Assembly (NCBI RefSeq): GCF_006345805.1
Contig: NC_043008.1
Location: 69,254,001 to 69,318,000, forward strand
Reading direction: 5' to 3'
DNA length: 64,000 nt
From: Octopus sinensis
Taxonomy: Eukaryota
Made by a program: the position numbers and the translations under genes. Below are positions 61,910-64,000 of the stretch, piece after piece. Numbering within the stretch: position 1 is the stretch's first letter; every line of letters begins with the position of its first letter. Below the pieces are notes generated by a model. It was not told where the DNA came from. It saw nothing but the letters and a program-made list of their open reading frames with translations, and made no database searches.

Positions 61910-63036
61910 TACTGCAGCAGATCTTCGTGTTAGTGAGGAAGGCCAATAAAAACCTGATGGCCCTCGTAGCACAAAACGAGAACATTGAAACAGAAGGGAT
62001 GATCTGCAGTCCAAACACTTTTAGAGTACTAAAGGGCCTAATGATGGTGCGAATGAAATCAGACTTATACGAGCAATAAGCAGAACTACTCGTATGACAT
62101 TGGATCTTCCCATGTAAGGTGCAGTAGATGGCTTTTAAGGGGTTCCCAGAGGAACCCAACAAAACAGACAGGGTGGGAGAACCACTCGACCACAGACAGC
62201 ACTAGGAGGGTAAATAACACTCCCTTTTAACTTTCCTTACTTCCTGGACAGCATGGTGGTTTTTAAAGCAGGTTGTATAAATGTACGTCGCTTGGGATCG
62301 TCGTGGAAGCCAGGTGGCTGAGTCTAGATGTAATAGCCGTCAGTGAGACCAAGGTTGCGGACACACGGGCCTTGGCTCCCATTTTCGATGAATTTGTGAT
62401 TTTTACATCTCTTAGTCGACCGGGAATGGTGGGTCGGGTGGTAGTGTTGTTCAGAAAAGACCTGCATCTCGAGATACGGTCGGTCTTACTGAAGGTTGCA
62501 TTGTCAGAGCTAGCACACGTGCTCTAAAGCAGAAGGGAACGAAAGCCGTCCAATGGGCCTGGTTGTCCGACGCACAACGTGGTAATAAAACTACAGTTCG
62601 ATCTTTGAGGGGTCGGGACGGGCGCATGCTACACGAGTTGAAGAAGATGTGCGTGGAATTTCAGCAGTACTTTGCTGAACTGTACAGGCCCGCGGTGACC
62701 CGGTGGTGGAGATGAACTTCACTTTCTATCTTGATGGTATACTGCTATTTTCTGCCAGGGACGTGGAGTTCTGCGAAATGCCGATAAAAGCTGGAGATAT
62801 ACGTGACGCGTTAGCTAGTTGTACAAGGGAGAAGACTCCATAATTGAATGATCTGTCCTGCGAGCTTTATACATATGCCAGACTTGTTTGGTGAGCTTTT
62901 GGTTAACGTCTACCTGAATTGGCAGCAGGATAGGAGAATACCCGGATCTTTGAGCTGAGGTGTGGTCACGCTGCTGGGAAAGGATTCGAACAAGTGGGAC
63001 ATTGTTGATAACTTTAGACCGGTAACTCTGGTGGCC
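61910..63036 (+). mobile_element. Tx1/L1-like ORF2, N-terminal part (APE endonuclease plus RT start, internally deleted)
   Basis: ATG at 62253 begins MVVFKAGCINVRRL...LDVIAVSETK...GRVVVLFRK. Later frames read EKTP*LNDLSCELY...GVVTLLGKD...DNFRPVTL. Confidence 0.85.
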
Positions 63037-63039
63037 AAG

Positions 63040-63085
63040 AAATAATATAATAATAATAATAATAATTATTTTATTATTATTATTA

Positions 63086-63129
<44 letters not shown>

Positions 63130-63300
63130 GTATATATATTATTATATTATTATTATTATTATTATTATTATTCATTCATCATCATATTATTATTATTATT
63201 CATCATATCATCATTCCTCATCATCATTATTATTATTATTATTATTATTTTATTATTATTATTATTATTATTATATTATTATTATTATTATATTATTATA
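63040..63300. repeat. Degenerate (TAT)/(CAT) microsatellite
   Basis: Direct inspection. Confidence 0.9.
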
Positions 63301-63695
63301 TTAGCTCCGCCAAGGAAGGAAGTTGTGTTTTCGTCGGCGTTGGTTTGTCCGTCTGTCCGTCTGTGTGCAAAATAACTCAAAATGTTGTGAAGGGTATTTG
63401 ATGAAACTTGCAAAAGTTGGTAATGGCACAAGGAACAGATGATGAAATTTTGGTAGTAATCCGGGGATTTTTATGGATTCTTGAAGGATTTTTCATTTGT
63501 TATATTTACTTTACATGAAGTATTACAATGTTACGTTCTTTGATTATCTCCCTTGAAAATACGTTCATCGTTTCCACATAACTTATGGTGGCGTTACTGT
63601 TTCCAAAGTTTATTTTCGCTTCTCTATTAGTAATTTTATTCGCGTATCTAACTTAAAATGAGCTGCTTGGCGGAACTCTACGGAGGATGACATGA
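63301..63695 (+). mobile_element. Non-autonomous Helentron-type (HINE/DINE-like) element
   Basis: Subterminal inverted repeat CTCCGCCAAG (63305-63314) and CTTGGCGGA (63666-63674), with GTCCGTCT microsatellite units near the 5' end. This is the architecture of DINE-like elements. Confidence 0.55.
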
Positions 63696-63711
63696 CAAGC
63701 CTTGACTATTG

Positions 63712-64000
63712 CTCCCTCCACCGCCGCTGTGAGCTCTATATCATCTGTATGTGGAAAATATTCCATCAATATTGCCATCTTTAAAATTCGTCCGAGACTT
63801 GGCCCACTACAGAAATGTTCGTGTCGTATCGCAACTATTTCACTTCAATTGGCCCTGCTCTCTTCAACATCGTGCCAGACACACATAAAGGAGGAAAGTG
63901 ATTTCACGGCATTCAAACGATCCTTAGATGATCACCCCCAGATAAACCACCAGATAAACCACCCACATCCAAATATATTTCTGAAAACAATAACCCTCTG
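63712..64000 (+). mobile_element. CR1/L2-group LINE, 3' fragment
   Basis: Reads SLHRRCELYIICMWKIFHQYC...FTSIGPALFNIVP...FTAFKRSLD...PDKP. Confidence 0.7.

Overview
This is animal genomic DNA, almost certainly from an octopod cephalopod. That call is inferred from the extreme microsatellite load and from tRNA-derived SINEs, R4/Dong LINEs and Penelope elements of the kind abundant in Octopus. The window is intergenic or intronic, and I cannot confidently identify any intact host gene or RNA gene; most ORFs in the supplied track are microsatellite artefacts. It contains (i) at least three tRNA-headed SINE families, with several same-orientation SINE-in-SINE nests; (ii) a co-oriented stack of four different R4/Dong-type non-LTR retrotransposons at 47.5-55.0 kb, one of them full length, each separated by (TAA)n-type tracts; (iii) an approximately 555-bp non-coding repeat in six copies or fragments that always sits in (TAA)n with fixed polarity, a candidate non-autonomous Dong passenger; (iv) several Penelope-like fragments, including a Naiad-type RT, an inverted RT/GIY-YIG insertion and minimal hammerhead-ribozyme motifs; (v) decayed mariner, CR1/L2-like, Tx1/L1-like, RTE-like and Helentron-type relics; and (vi) three long imperfect palindromes, an approximately 0.8-kb tandem duplication and a 100-N scaffold gap at 35190-35289. 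A few candidate exons are flagged at low confidence. Boundaries of decayed elements are approximate. I found no convincing wholly new gene system. The best leads are the (TAA)n-targeted Dong stack with its putative passenger and the hammerhead palindrome.
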